In this document: piece after piece, positions 35,478 through 47,500 of the stretch | Layout of the letters: each line of letters opens with the position of its first letter | Position numbering within the stretch: position 1 is the first letter of the stretch | Translations under genes and position numbers: made by a program | The notes under the pieces: model-generated | Seen by the model: the letters and a program-made list of their open reading frames with translations, nothing else | The model's database searches: none | Told to the model about the DNA's origin: nothing | Source of the DNA: a virus | Reading direction: 5' to 3' (one strand) | Virus record (IMG/VR): IMGVR_UViG_3300013093_000020 | Length of the DNA stretch: 64,000 nt

Positions 35478-36461
35478 ATGGCAGGAATTCCTACAACTGT
35501 TGCAAATGTATCAAATCTAGTATCTTCCGCTGCTACCGGAGTATCCACTCTTGGTAGTTTGGCCAGCGCCGCCAGTAGTGTTGATGGTATTGCCAGCGCC
35601 GCTAGATTGGCTTCTAGTGGACTTCCTGCCGCAGGTGAAGCTATTGGCGATGTTACCAGTGCCATCGCAGCATTTACTAGTGATGCTGATCCTAACGATT
35701 GGCGAGTAAGACTTAGTTTGAGTACTTGGAGTTCTTTTCAAAACAGTCCAGTATTGGCTCCATTGAAAAGTGCCGGCGGCCTCATATTTCCTTATACTCC
35801 GCAGATCACTATGCAGTCTAGTGCAAAATATGGAAGTGTAAGTCCGACACAGACAAACTATTTGTTTCATTATTTTCAAAATAGTGATCCCGGATCTATT
35901 AGTATAACAGCACCAATGCATGTTGAAGATAGCACACAGGCACTGTATTGGATTGCCGCCGTGCATTATTTACGCAGCCTAACAAAAATGTTTGCAGGTT
36001 CTGATCCTAAAGCAGGCAACCCTCCTCCTATAGTTTTCCTAAGCGGATACGGAAATTATGTATTCCATAATGTTCCTGTTGTAATTACAAAATTTAGTTG
36101 CGATTTAATGAACGACTGTGATTATATTCAAACAAATGTTGTAGGCAGCGCTGCTGGCCAAATACAAGGTATTGCTGATAGTGTGAGCGGCTTAACTGGT
36201 GCGGTTGGACAAATATTTCCCGATATTAACGGGACTTTAAATGCTATTAATGATGTAGCAGGCATTGTCGGACAAGTGGCTGCACTAGCAGGCCAGTTTG
36301 GTGTCGGTGGATCAGTTAGTGGCGGCAGTGCCTATGTACCGACTAAGAGTCAAATTAAAGTAGAGCTTACTCCGATGTATAGTAGAAACAGTGTCAAGAA
36401 CTTTAGTCTTGATAGATTTGTCGAAGGCGGCTATCTTAACAATCCATTTAGTTACATTTAA
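35478..36461 (+). CDS. Baseplate / tail-tube initiator-like protein (gp48/gp54-like); true start probably ATG 35478
   Basis: GLIFPYTPQI, PPPIVFLSGYG, VPVVIT.FS, YVPT motifs of tube-like baseplate proteins. Confidence 0.65.
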   Translation: MAGIPTTVANVSNLVSSAATGVSTLGSLASAASSVDGIASAARLASSGLPAAGEAIGDVTSAIAAFTSDADPNDWRVRLSLSTWSSFQNSPVLAPLKSAGGLIFPYTPQITMQSSAKYGSVSPTQTNYLFHYFQNSDPGSISITAPMHVEDSTQALYWIAAVHYLRSLTKMFAGSDPKAGNPPPIVFLSGYGNYVFHNVPVVITKFSCDLMNDCDYIQTNVVGSAAGQIQGIADSVSGLTGAVGQIFPDINGTLNAINDVAGIVGQVAALAGQFGVGGSVSGGSAYVPTKSQIKVELTPMYSRNSVKNFSLDRFVEGGYLNNPFSYI

Positions 36462-36463
36462 TT

Positions 36464-36769
36464 ATGACAGCCAAATATATTAATACAAGTCCTTGGTATA
36501 CTACTCCGATATTGAATAATCAATACCTTGATTATTTTCAAATTAGGTCAGTGAGTGCAGAACCCGATGACGTATCGTATGTTATACAAAGTCAATATGC
36601 ATATAGACCAGATTTATTATCCTATGACTTGTATGGAACAGAAAGACTATGGTGGGTCTTTGCACAAAGAAATTTGGATGTAATACAAGATCCTATTTTA
36701 GATTTTGTGCCAGGTGTGCAAATTTATATTCCTAAAAAAAGCAGCCTATTTACAGTACTAGGATTATAA
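36464..36769 (+). CDS. Baseplate wedge protein (gp53-like, LysM-like)
   Basis: RPDLLSYDLYGTERLWWVFAQRN...PG..IYIP. Confidence 0.85.
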   Translation: MTAKYINTSPWYTTPILNNQYLDYFQIRSVSAEPDDVSYVIQSQYAYRPDLLSYDLYGTERLWWVFAQRNLDVIQDPILDFVPGVQIYIPKKSSLFTVLGL

Positions 36770-36770
36770 T

Positions 36771-38963
36771 ATGGCCAATGTTGTCAGTGCAGTTACAAGT
36801 GTCACAGCGGTTACAGCTGCGGTAGTAGGTGTTGCTAAAATTGCCGGGTTAGGTTCAAAGAAAACGACCGGAGCTCCACCTGGAATAATTCCAAACCCAT
36901 TATCGAGCTATGCTAGTTGGAATTATATTATCAGCCTTGGTATTTTATCACCTGACGATGTTAACGATCCGTCAAATGTTATTAAGGGAACCGTAAGTCC
37001 TTTATGGATTCTCCATGGTGCTAATGCTGAGCCTAATAATAGAGTTAGAACTCCCTACGGACAATTTGATTTTTTTATTGATGATCTTGAAATTACTTGT
37101 GCATTAGGTCTTGAGAATGGTAATAATACCAACATGAGCAAGTATAAATTTAAAGTTATAGAACCATATAGCATGGGATTATTTTTGCTGGCTTGGCAAA
37201 CAGGAGCAGTTCAATTAAATTGGATTAACTGGAGAACAGCACCGTTGGTATTGAAGATAGAATTTAGAGGCAATACTGAAACTGGCATATTGTCATCTAC
37301 AATACCAAATACGACAAGATTTTTTATTATTAGTCTTGCTAAAATTACTACTAAGGTCACCGGTGCAGGAGCAGAGCATTACTGCGAAGCTACTGGATTC
37401 ATCGACGGCGCACTTAACGAAGATTCAGTAAGGGCTAAACAAGATGCTTCTCTTACCGGATCAACCGTACAAGAAATTTTGCAAACCGGTGATCAAAGTT
37501 TACAGGTAGTGTTGAATCAGCATCAAAAGACAACAACATATCAGAATGGGCTAAGTGTGCCTTCTAAGACTTATATTATTACTTTCCCTGATGATATAAC
37601 AGCAGGAAATGCCGGCAATAAAACAACTACTACTTCTTCAGCTACTGCCGATCCCACTGCAAGTGTATTAACTAAAGTTGGGGTACAAAAAACAAAACCT
37701 GTAGTTTCGGGTAACATATCAATTGACAACTATGCACAAAATACTACTGTGAATCAAATTGGACTAGCTACAATGGGATTTGATGTTACATTTAAAACTC
37801 CAGTATACCCATTACAAAAAAATAATTTAGTATATAATGCCAAAGCAAAAACTTTTAATAAGGCTAAAAACACTACTAAGATTAAAGCTAGCGAATTTAG
37901 ATTTAGTCAAGATCAAAAAATTGAGGATATGATCAATGAGGTAATACTCAGCAGTCAATATGCAGCTATGATAAATGATCCTCAAAATATAGATGATAGC
38001 GGATTTAAAGGATTATGGAGAATTGATTGCCAGAAATTTATTATTCAAGATCCTAGCAATGTTCCGACTACAGGCGATTACCCAGAAGTACTAGTATACA
38101 GAGTTATACCATATGATTCACATAGTTCTAAAGCCGCAGCTCCAAATACCGGACCTATCGGGATTAAAAATTATGCTAATGAAATAATAAAATCGTACAA
38201 TTATATTTTCACAGGTAAAAATACTGAAATTTTAAATTTTGAGGTTGCATTTAGTACACTAATGTATACCGCGTTCGGTTCGCAATCACCGTTGTCAACA
38301 CAAGACTATAACAATTTAACAAATACTACCCCCGGCAAGGATACTAGCAATTCAAATAAGACAAATCAACGACAACTTGCTGACGGCAATCTCCCGGTCT
38401 TCAGCGAAGGAATTGAAAATTCTTTAGTAAAATATAATGTTACTAACTCGAATACTACGGGCAAAGGCGGTGGTGGAACAGAAAGCGTCCACACTAAAAT
38501 AGCTAGAACTTGGTTTGATCTAGCCACAGCTAATCAATCAGACATGATGGTGTTGGATATGACAATTCAGGGAGACCCACATTTTTTAATAGCAAGTGGT
38601 TTCAGTAATTTTGTTTCTCCACCCCTTAGTCGCTTATTAAATTCTGACGGTAGTGCCAACTGGCAAGGTGGAGAATATCATATTAATATCACATTTCAAA
38701 CTCCGATTGACATCAATCAAACCACTGGCCTTTATAATTTTGGTAAGAGTAAAACAGCACCGGTAATTTTGTTTAGCGGCTTCTATTCAGTATCAAGAGT
38801 AGTTAATAGATTTGTACAAGGAAAATTCACCCAACAACTATTAGGTAATAGAATTGTAGGCGTACACAATCCGAATACTGCTACACCGAATCAAATCCTT
38901 AATAGTTCTACAGTAGACACAGTTAAGGGAGTTACATCAACGTCATCGGGGGCAAGTAGCTAA
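36771..38963 (+). CDS. Baseplate hub protein (gp27/GpD-like), 730 aa
   Basis: Lies between gp53 and gp5; LDMTIQGDP and FSGFYSVSRVVNRF..GKFTQ.L C-terminal motifs. Confidence 0.65.
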   Translation: MANVVSAVTSVTAVTAAVVGVAKIAGLGSKKTTGAPPGIIPNPLSSYASWNYIISLGILSPDDVNDPSNVIKGTVSPLWILHGANAEPNNRVRTPYGQFDFFIDDLEITCALGLENGNNTNMSKYKFKVIEPYSMGLFLLAWQTGAVQLNWINWRTAPLVLKIEFRGNTETGILSSTIPNTTRFFIISLAKITTKVTGAGAEHYCEATGFIDGALNEDSVRAKQDASLTGSTVQEILQTGDQSLQVVLNQHQKTTTYQNGLSVPSKTYIITFPDDITAGNAGNKTTTTSSATADPTASVLTKVGVQKTKPVVSGNISIDNYAQNTTVNQIGLATMGFDVTFKTPVYPLQKNNLVYNAKAKTFNKAKNTTKIKASEFRFSQDQKIEDMINEVILSSQYAAMINDPQNIDDSGFKGLWRIDCQKFIIQDPSNVPTTGDYPEVLVYRVIPYDSHSSKAAAPNTGPIGIKNYANEIIKSYNYIFTGKNTEILNFEVAFSTLMYTAFGSQSPLSTQDYNNLTNTTPGKDTSNSNKTNQRQLADGNLPVFSEGIENSLVKYNVTNSNTTGKGGGGTESVHTKIARTWFDLATANQSDMMVLDMTIQGDPHFLIASGFSNFVSPPLSRLLNSDGSANWQGGEYHINITFQTPIDINQTTGLYNFGKSKTAPVILFSGFYSVSRVVNRFVQGKFTQQLLGNRIVGVHNPNTATPNQILNSSTVDTVKGVTSTSSGASS

Positions 38964-38964
38964 T

Positions 38965-40605
38965 ATGGGACGACCTCAAACTTTCGGTAAATTTTTAAAT
39001 GTTAGCTATAATGCACTACCACAGGATAATTCAGGTCCTTTTTTAGCTATTGTTGTTGGCCACCAGGATTCGAGATACATGGGCAGGATAGCAGTTAAAT
39101 TATTGCGTCCTACTGATAATAGTTTAGTAGATGGTTCAATTAGAGTAGTCAGTCCACTGATGCCCTTTGCCGGTAGGACTTCATTAACGCCTAATTCTGG
39201 TAATGATAATAGTTATGACTCTACTCAAAAGAGTTATGGTATGTGGATGTTACCTCCGGATCCTGGCACACGAGTTATGGTATGGTTTATTAATGGTGAC
39301 CCTAAGTATGGGTACTATATGGGCTGTTTGCTAGACGAAGGTATGAATTTTATGATGCCTGGAGTCGCCGCCACTACTACAAATGCTGAATCGACTTCGG
39401 ACAGATTACCTGTAGCAGAATATAACAGAGGATACTATGGACAAAAGGGTGAAGGAAATGACAGCGAAGATCAAAATTTTGCTAACGACACTGATATACC
39501 AAAACCAGTACATCCATTTGCTAAAGTATTAAAAGCGCAAGGTCTTGATCATGACGACATTAGAGGAATTACTACTAGTTCTGCCAGGAGAGAAGCCCCT
39601 AGTATGGTCTTTGGAATATCTACACCCGGCCCTGTAGACAATCAAGCTAATGCCCCGACAGTTACCTTTGATGATGGCTCTGGTAATGTCGACGGAGTCC
39701 CTAGTAGCAGATTAGGTGGTACAACTTTCGTCATGGATGACGGTGATCCTGCTTTCTTGCGTAAAGGTCCTGCAAGTACTACTGCTCCAGATTATGCTGC
39801 AATTTTGCAAGGCGACGATCTACCCAGTGACCCAACGATTCCACACAACGAACTAGTACGCATTAGAACACGCACTGGCCATCAAATCCTTTTGCATAAT
39901 TCAGAAGATTTAATTTACATAGGTAATGCAAAAGGCACTGCATGGATAGAATTAACAAGCAATGGTAAAATAGACATTTATTCATCTGATAGTATTAGTA
40001 TTCATAGCAGTAATGATTTTAATTTTTATGCAGACCGTGATGTTAATATTGAAGCAGGAAGAAATATCAATGTAAAAGCTGCAGGCAAACAGCAGACAGA
40101 AATTGGCGCAGATAGTTCCACTATCATCGGCGGTGATAGCACAATTACTATTACAGGGTCTGTGAATCAAACAGTAGCTGCGAATTTCTTCAGCACAGTA
40201 ACTGGTAATGCCAATTTTAGCACTGCTGGTCAAAATAGTTTTTCTTCAGGCCAAGGAACAAATATATTATCTGCAGGAAATTTAGCGATTACAGGAGCTC
40301 CGATCAACCTTAATGGCCCTGTTCCAGCTACTGCTGCAATACCGGCTACTCCTGCAATCGCACTATCTGTGCATCAAGTTGCTATTAGCGCATCAGCTAC
40401 AATGACTAGTATTATGCAACGAATTCCACAGAAAGAACCATATATTAATCATGAAAATTATGATCCTAATTTAGTAACACCGGTATTAACAGATAGAGAT
40501 GCTACAGCAGATATTAAACCTCCAACTTGGAAAGCTAGTCCATACACTACTAGCCTCGATACATTTGTAACACCACCTCCGCCAGCCGACGACACAGGAA
40601 CTTGA
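38965..40605 (+). CDS. Baseplate central spike (gp5/VgrG-like OB fold plus beta-helix), no lysozyme domain recognised
   Basis: D..YMGRIAV, SYGMWMLPPDPGTRVMVWFING, RTRTGHQI, beta-helix repeats, INLNG. Confidence 0.85.
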   Translation: MGRPQTFGKFLNVSYNALPQDNSGPFLAIVVGHQDSRYMGRIAVKLLRPTDNSLVDGSIRVVSPLMPFAGRTSLTPNSGNDNSYDSTQKSYGMWMLPPDPGTRVMVWFINGDPKYGYYMGCLLDEGMNFMMPGVAATTTNAESTSDRLPVAEYNRGYYGQKGEGNDSEDQNFANDTDIPKPVHPFAKVLKAQGLDHDDIRGITTSSARREAPSMVFGISTPGPVDNQANAPTVTFDDGSGNVDGVPSSRLGGTTFVMDDGDPAFLRKGPASTTAPDYAAILQGDDLPSDPTIPHNELVRIRTRTGHQILLHNSEDLIYIGNAKGTAWIELTSNGKIDIYSSDSISIHSSNDFNFYADRDVNIEAGRNINVKAAGKQQTEIGADSSTIIGGDSTITITGSVNQTVAANFFSTVTGNANFSTAGQNSFSSGQGTNILSAGNLAITGAPINLNGPVPATAAIPATPAIALSVHQVAISASATMTSIMQRIPQKEPYINHENYDPNLVTPVLTDRDATADIKPPTWKASPYTTSLDTFVTPPPPADDTGT

Positions 40606-40617
40606 TAGGAAATAATT

Positions 40618-41064
40618 ATGACAACAAACGCAAATCTCTACGATAAAATCGTAATAAAATCTCCATACGATCCTAGAAATCTTCAAGGTCGTATGTATAA
40701 AGGATTTAGTACAATAAGTGCCGATGCAGTTAATTTTTCATTGTTTGATTATCAATTGATCAAGCAAGACATACTAAATCATTTCTTCACAAGACAGGGC
40801 GAAAGGCTAATGAACGCTACTTACGGTTGTGTGATCTGGGACCTTTTATACGAGCCATTAACTGAAGATTTAAAATATCTAATTAAAACCAATGTTGAAT
40901 ATATTGCTAATAGTGATCCTAGAGTAAGTGCTAAAGAAATACTGATATCTACATATGAAACTGGTATACAAGTGCAGATCACGCTAGAATATAAACCTTA
41001 TAACCTAAATGAGCAATTGACTTTACAGTTTGATCAAAGTAATAATTTGTTGTTAGGACAATAA
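40618..41064 (+). CDS. gp25: Baseplate wedge subunit (gp25-like)
   Basis: IKQDILNHFFTRQGERLMNATYGCVIWDLLYEP...DPRV. Confidence 0.9.
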   Translation: MTTNANLYDKIVIKSPYDPRNLQGRMYKGFSTISADAVNFSLFDYQLIKQDILNHFFTRQGERLMNATYGCVIWDLLYEPLTEDLKYLIKTNVEYIANSDPRVSAKEILISTYETGIQVQITLEYKPYNLNEQLTLQFDQSNNLLLGQ

Positions 41065-41086
41065 TATACACAGAAAATTCTACAAA

Positions 41087-41093
41087 ATAAATA
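41087..41093 (+). promoter_or_regulatory. Late promoter (ATAAATA)
   Basis: Upstream of ATG 41110. Confidence 0.6.
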
Positions 41094-41109
41094 TGATATA
41101 GGATAAAAT

Positions 41110-44100
41110 ATGACTTCTACGACACGACAAAATACGCTGCTAGCCGCAGAAGATTGGCACAAAATTTACCAAAGTTTCCGTAATGCCGACTTCACTAGCT
41201 ACGACTTTGACAATTTGCGTCGTACGATGATTGACTATATTCGTACAAATTACCCAGAAGATTTTAACGATTACATAGAAAGTTCAGAGTACCTAGCTCT
41301 TATAGATTTGATAGCTTTTGTTGGACAAAGCATTGCATATAGAGTGGATCTCAATGCACGAGATAATTTTTTAGAATTAGCAGAAAGAAGGGAAAGCATC
41401 TTAAGATTAGCTAATCTTGTAGGATACAATCCTAAAAGAAATATGTCTGCTAATGGGCTACTAAAAGTTACATCAGTTACTACTACAGAAATTGTATTAG
41501 ATAGCAATGGTAGAAATCTTGCTAATCAAACTATTCTTTGGAATGATAGCGCAAATACTAATTGGTATGACCAATTTTTTAAAATCATTAATGCAGCGTT
41601 CCCATCAGGACAACAGTTTGGGAACCCTGCAGATAGTGCAACCATTTATGGAATTCCTACTCAGCAATACAGATTCAACAGCAATATAGGTGCTGTGCCG
41701 GTATTTGCATTTACTGAAACTATAGGTGGACAGCCTATGAGTTTTGAAGTAACTAGTACTACATTCAATGGACAAAGTTATGTTTATGAAGAACCTCCAT
41801 CAGTAAAAAATAATTTAGCTTGTATCTTTAGAGATGATGGGTACGGGTACGGAAGTCCTACAAATGGATTTTTTCTAAATTTCACACAAGGTACTCTTAC
41901 ACAAGGTACATTCACTATCAGTCAACCGACAAGTAATGAAAGTGTAGATATAGCAGCTAATAATATTAATAATACAGATGTGTGGCTATATGGGCTCGAT
42001 GTTAACGGAAACGAATCAACATTATGGACACAAGTTCCTGCTTTGCAAGGTAATAATATTATCTATAATAGTCTTAAGAAGAATATCAAGAATATATTTC
42101 AAGTAGTTACTCAAGCCAATGATGCAGTAGCATTACAGTTTAGTGATGGAATATTTGGTAACCTACCATTAGGTACATTCAAAGTTTACTATCGCGTTAG
42201 TAACGGTTTAAGTTATATCATTAATGCCCGAGATATTAGGAATGTCTCAATTTCTATACCATATCTTAGTGCAAGTAACCAGCAACAAACTTTAACATTA
42301 AATTTAAGCCTTGCTAGTTCTGTAGTAAATGCCACGACATCTGAATCAAATGCCAGTATAAAAACAAATGCACCGCAAACTTATTATACACAAGACAGGA
42401 TGATTACAGGCGAGGATTATAATATAAATCCTCTGGCTGCAAGTACACAGGTTGTCAAAGTAAAAGCAATAAACAGGACATCGAGCGGAATTAGTAGGTA
42501 CTTTGATTTAATAGATCCTACTGGAAAATATTCAAGTACTACACTCTTTGGTACTGATGGTGCCTTGTATACAGAATATTATTTGAATGAATTCTTATTT
42601 TCATTCGTAACACAGACCGATATACAAGGTATTATTTACAATGACATTTTTAATATTTTAGCAGATACAAATTTAAAGAATTTCTTTTATTCTAATTTTA
42701 AAATTAATAACACATCGCCAAGTGTATGGACGACTGTCACTAGTGATAGTAATAGTACTACTGGATATTTTTTATCAACCATAGCTAATCTACCTGCAAA
42801 AATAGGAACTAACTCAACTAGTACACTATATTATGCACAGATTGGATCATTGGTAAAATTTACAGCACCAGCTGGAACTTACTTTGATACTACAAATTAT
42901 AATTCTATTACAACTATTCCAAATAGTGGATTACCTGACAATGCAACACAAGTGCTATGGTCAGAAATAGTAGGAGTTGTCGGCGATGGAACAACTACTA
43001 AAACTGTTACCGGTCTCGGACCAGTGACATTGAATAAAAAAATTCCAACCAATGCAATCGTATCAGCAATTATACCTGCATGGGCAACAGTTATAGATAG
43101 TTATACAGTAAACACTATCATTAATTTAATAGCATCATACCAGACTTTTGGTTTGACATTTAACACTTATTCGCAATCGTGGCAAATAATTATTGACACT
43201 AACCTTGATTCTAATGATGCATTTAGTTTAAATTTCCAAGGGAATAATGCTAATAAACAACTAGATGCTAGCTGGCTATTATTATTTTCTACAGATAAAA
43301 TAAGTTATACAGTTAAGATTAGAGAACAGCGTTATATTTTTGAAAGTGCTAATCAGATTAATTTTTATTTTGATGGCAGTAAAAAAATATATAACAATGT
43401 ATCAAACACAGTAGTAAAAGATGGGATTACAGTTCTCAATATCAATAAACAACCATTTAGTACCAATAGTTTTACCATCGACCAACCTTGGCAAATTATA
43501 AGCGAATATATAGGCATTGATGGATTTGTTGATAACACTAAATTAGTAGTTGGTTTCAATCAAACAGATAGTAATCAGGGCGTAGATAATCCAGAAACTT
43601 TTTACAATATTGTTTATGGCGGAAGCCCGGTCGAACCGACTTATATTTTACAACAAAAATATTCTGTAACAGATGGGCAGGAAGATTATCAATATGTCGC
43701 AAATACAGGACAGGTAATAATAATTACTACCAATAATCCATTACAGTCACTAACATCATATACTGATGGGCAGTACTTTTATTATCCTGACAGTGATACA
43801 ACTTTCAAATTACATTTAGCAACAGCAACACTAAATCCCACATTAGATTATAAAGTTTTTGTAGGACGAGATAATTTAAAATTCCAATATATCCATAATG
43901 CCGACTACGAGAGCAGGGTGGATCCGGGCGCAAGTAATATTGTCGATATCTATGTGCTAACACAAAATTATGATACTCAATTTAGACAATGGGTGGCCGG
44001 AGCAATACAAACTGAACCGTTGCCCCCTGGTACCGATGAATTGTATGATTTATTAAGTCCTAATTTAAATCTAATTAAGAGTATTAGCGATGACATAGTT

Positions 44101-44562
44101 TATCATCCTGTTACCTATGTTCAATTGTTTGGACAAACTGCCGCATCTGAATTACAAGCAAGTTTCCAAGTAATTATTAATCCTGAACAGGTAGTATCTG
44201 CTAATGATGTCAAATCAAGAATTATTACAGCTATTAATGAGTTTTTCTCTGTTAATAATTGGGATTTTGGAGATACATTCTATTTCACCGAACTTTCAAC
44301 TTATGTGATGAATAAACTAAGTCCTGATATTACCATGTTTATTATTGTACCAAGACAAGGGACTAGCAACTTTGGTAGCTTATTTGAAATTACATGTAAC
44401 GGTGACCAATTGTTTATTAGTACAGCAACAGTTAATGATATTGAGATAGTCACAGGCATAACCGCTACCGGCATTAAAGCAATTCCAACCCAGGCAACAA
44501 TGTCGACGACAGCATCAAGTCAAATTATTTTAAGCACAGCATACGGATCTTTAAATGGCTGA
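41110..44562 (+). CDS. Baseplate wedge protein (gp6-like), 1150 aa
   Basis: DFTSYDFDNLR, FNDYIESS, A.RRESIL.LA..VGYNP, FSDGIFG.LP, APQTYYTQDRMITGEDY. Confidence 0.88.
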   Translation: MTSTTRQNTLLAAEDWHKIYQSFRNADFTSYDFDNLRRTMIDYIRTNYPEDFNDYIESSEYLALIDLIAFVGQSIAYRVDLNARDNFLELAERRESILRLANLVGYNPKRNMSANGLLKVTSVTTTEIVLDSNGRNLANQTILWNDSANTNWYDQFFKIINAAFPSGQQFGNPADSATIYGIPTQQYRFNSNIGAVPVFAFTETIGGQPMSFEVTSTTFNGQSYVYEEPPSVKNNLACIFRDDGYGYGSPTNGFFLNFTQGTLTQGTFTISQPTSNESVDIAANNINNTDVWLYGLDVNGNESTLWTQVPALQGNNIIYNSLKKNIKNIFQVVTQANDAVALQFSDGIFGNLPLGTFKVYYRVSNGLSYIINARDIRNVSISIPYLSASNQQQTLTLNLSLASSVVNATTSESNASIKTNAPQTYYTQDRMITGEDYNINPLAASTQVVKVKAINRTSSGISRYFDLIDPTGKYSSTTLFGTDGALYTEYYLNEFLFSFVTQTDIQGIIYNDIFNILADTNLKNFFYSNFKINNTSPSVWTTVTSDSNSTTGYFLSTIANLPAKIGTNSTSTLYYAQIGSLVKFTAPAGTYFDTTNYNSITTIPNSGLPDNATQVLWSEIVGVVGDGTTTKTVTGLGPVTLNKKIPTNAIVSAIIPAWATVIDSYTVNTIINLIASYQTFGLTFNTYSQSWQIIIDTNLDSNDAFSLNFQGNNANKQLDASWLLLFSTDKISYTVKIREQRYIFESANQINFYFDGSKKIYNNVSNTVVKDGITVLNINKQPFSTNSFTIDQPWQIISEYIGIDGFVDNTKLVVGFNQTDSNQGVDNPETFYNIVYGGSPVEPTYILQQKYSVTDGQEDYQYVANTGQVIIITTNNPLQSLTSYTDGQYFYYPDSDTTFKLHLATATLNPTLDYKVFVGRDNLKFQYIHNADYESRVDPGASNIVDIYVLTQNYDTQFRQWVAGAIQTEPLPPGTDELYDLLSPNLNLIKSISDDIVYHPVTYVQLFGQTAASELQASFQVIINPEQVVSANDVKSRIITAINEFFSVNNWDFGDTFYFTELSTYVMNKLSPDITMFIIVPRQGTSNFGSLFEITCNGDQLFISTATVNDIEIVTGITATGIKAIPTQATMSTTASSQIILSTAYGSLNG

Positions 44563-47500
44563 TCAAACTAATCAAAATGGCAATAATTTTGCCAGCTCAA
44601 CTATAATTCCTCGCATCTATCAATCGGATGCAAATAAAAAGTTTTTAACTGCTACCTTAGACCAGTTAATGCAGTCTGGTACGGCTAAAAAAATAAATGG
44701 TTTTATAGGTAGAGAAAATGCAAAAGCATCGACTGGTAAAGATGTCTATGTGGCAGCAGTTGACCAAACAAGACAAAATTATCAACTTGAACCTGGGTTA
44801 GTTATAAAAGATACATTAGGTAATGTTACTTTTCTTAAAGATTATCAGGATTACATTAATCAACTAACAGTCTTTGGAAGTAATACTAGTAACCATGCTA
44901 GACTAAACAAACAAGAAATGTATTCTTGGGATCCGCATATCGACTGGGATAAGTTTGTTAATTTTCAAAACTATTATTGGTTACCATATGGCCCGGATGT
45001 TGTTAAAATTTCAGGGCAACAAAAAAATATAGTTAGTACCTATACTGTTAATCTAGTTGACGAAGGCGGCAACTATCAGTATGTCTTTACACCTGATGGT
45101 CTAACACCTAATCCTACAATTACTTTATACAAAGGGCAGACATATAAATTTGAAGTTAATAGTCCTGGAAATCCTTTTGCAATAAAAACATCTAGAACTG
45201 CCGGTAACTTAGATTTTTATAATGAATCTGAGCTAATAACTAATAATGGTGTTGAGGTAGGTACATTAACCTTCTCAGTTCCAGAAGATGCTCCTAGCCA
45301 ATTGTATTATTTGAGTAATAATGATGCTAATGCTGGCGGATTGATTTTAGTTCTTCCAATAACAGATAACTCTAGTTTAGACGTTGAAAAGGATATATTA
45401 GGAAAGAAGAATTATACTTTACCTTCGGGAATTTCTTTAAGTAACGGTATGAAGGTAGCTTTCGAAGGAACTATTACACCGAGTAATTATTCGTCTGGTA
45501 CTTATTATGTTGAAGGAGTAGGGACAAGTATATCTCTTGTATCTTCGGACTTGCTAGAAATTATAAAACCCTTTACAGCTGCAGATCCTGTGCCGTTTGA
45601 TAGCGGAGGATTTGATACACAACCTTTCAGTGATGCAACTTCTTATGCTGGAACAAATGATTACATCGTAATTAATAGATCTAGTAGAGATCAAAATCCT
45701 TGGTCAAGATTTAACCGTTGGTTCCATAAGGATGTAATAACTTTGGCTGCAGAAGCTAATGGGGATATTCCTAATTTAGATCAGGCAAGTCGAGCGATTA
45801 GACCTATTATAGAATTTGAACCAAATATAAGATTGTACAATTTTGGTACTAAAGCATTAGCCGATGTTGATTTGATAGATACTACAACTACAGATGTTTT
45901 TAGTTATGTAGAAGGAAAATTAGGCTACTATATAGACGGTATAGCAGTCGCAAACGGACAACGGATTTTATTTACAGCAGATACTGATTTGTTTGTAAAA
46001 AATAAAATATTCCAAGTAAATTATTTAAACATCGAAGGATCCAACCAAATCCATTTAACATTGGTAGATACTCCATTAGAAGATAATTGTGTTTTAGTAA
46101 AACAGGGTGTATCTAATCAAGGACAAACTTACTGGTTTGATGGATCAGTTTGGATTTTAGCACAACAGAAAAATACAGTTAATCAACAACCATTATTTGA
46201 TATTGTTGACAAAAATAAAATTAAATTCTCTGATATAACAACATATACCGGATCTACATTTGCCGGAACAAAATTATTTTCTTATGCAGTTTCGTCAACA
46301 GGAACTACAGACTCTGCTCTAGGTTTTCCTATAAAATACAAAAATATAGACAATATTGGTGATATAGTTTTTAATTTTAATCTAGCACAAGATTCATTTA
46401 CATACAAATTGAATAATACTATTGTTAGTAAAAATGTTGATACCGGATATCTCATCAGAACATCACTTGACGGATCTGCAGAATACATTAATGGCTGGCA
46501 AATTACCAGTATACCAGTTACCCAAGCTGCAATACGCATTTATAAAAATTCAGGATTAGTAAATAATTTTATAATTGATATTTTTGATGACGTTAATAAT
46601 TTAGATGATCTAATTGTAAAAATTTATATTAATGGTACACGATTAGGTTCGGAAAATTGGACGATTGCGAGTGGTACTACATTTAAAACAGTTGTACTAA
46701 ACACAGATATATTAACTACTGATGTTCTTACAATAAGAGCATTTTCTGCCCAACCTATAAATGATAAAGGGTATTATGAGATACCTTTAAATTTACAAAA
46801 TAATCCTTTAAACAGTAATATTGATACATTTACTTTAGGAGAAGTGATAGATCATGTTGGTTCGATTGTTGACAATATTTCTGGTTTTGTCGGGGTGTTC
46901 CCTGGTACTAGTAATTTAAGAGACATTGCTAATCTATCTACTTATGGTACAAAATTTGTACAGCATAGCGGACCGTTAAGTCTTGGATTGTATCATGTAA
47001 CAAATCAAGATACTAACATTATCAAAGCAATTGAAAAGTCGCAGAATGATTATAATATTTTTAAAAGAAACTTTATAACAGTTGCTGAAAACATCGGTAT
47101 TGATACTGACACAATTTCTTTAGTAGATTTAATTCTAGGAAAAATTAATTCCACTAAATCTAATACTGGACCTTACTATTTTAGTGATATGGTTCCTTAT
47201 GGAGCTAGTATAAAAACTGATATTACAGTTTTAGATGGCAGGACAAAAACTTATCCACTAAGTGCAGTTTTTAATTTAGATTCATTATCTTCTAAATCGG
47301 TATTGATTTATCAGAATAAAAATCAATTAATACATGGACGAGATTATACCTTTGATAATCAAGGATTTGTTATTATTACCGATTCTGTAAATTTGCAAGC
47401 AGGCGACATAATTTCAATATTCGAGTATGAAAATACTGATGGATCATTCGTTCCAGAGACTCCTACTAAATTAGGAATTTGGCCGGCTTATGAACCTAAA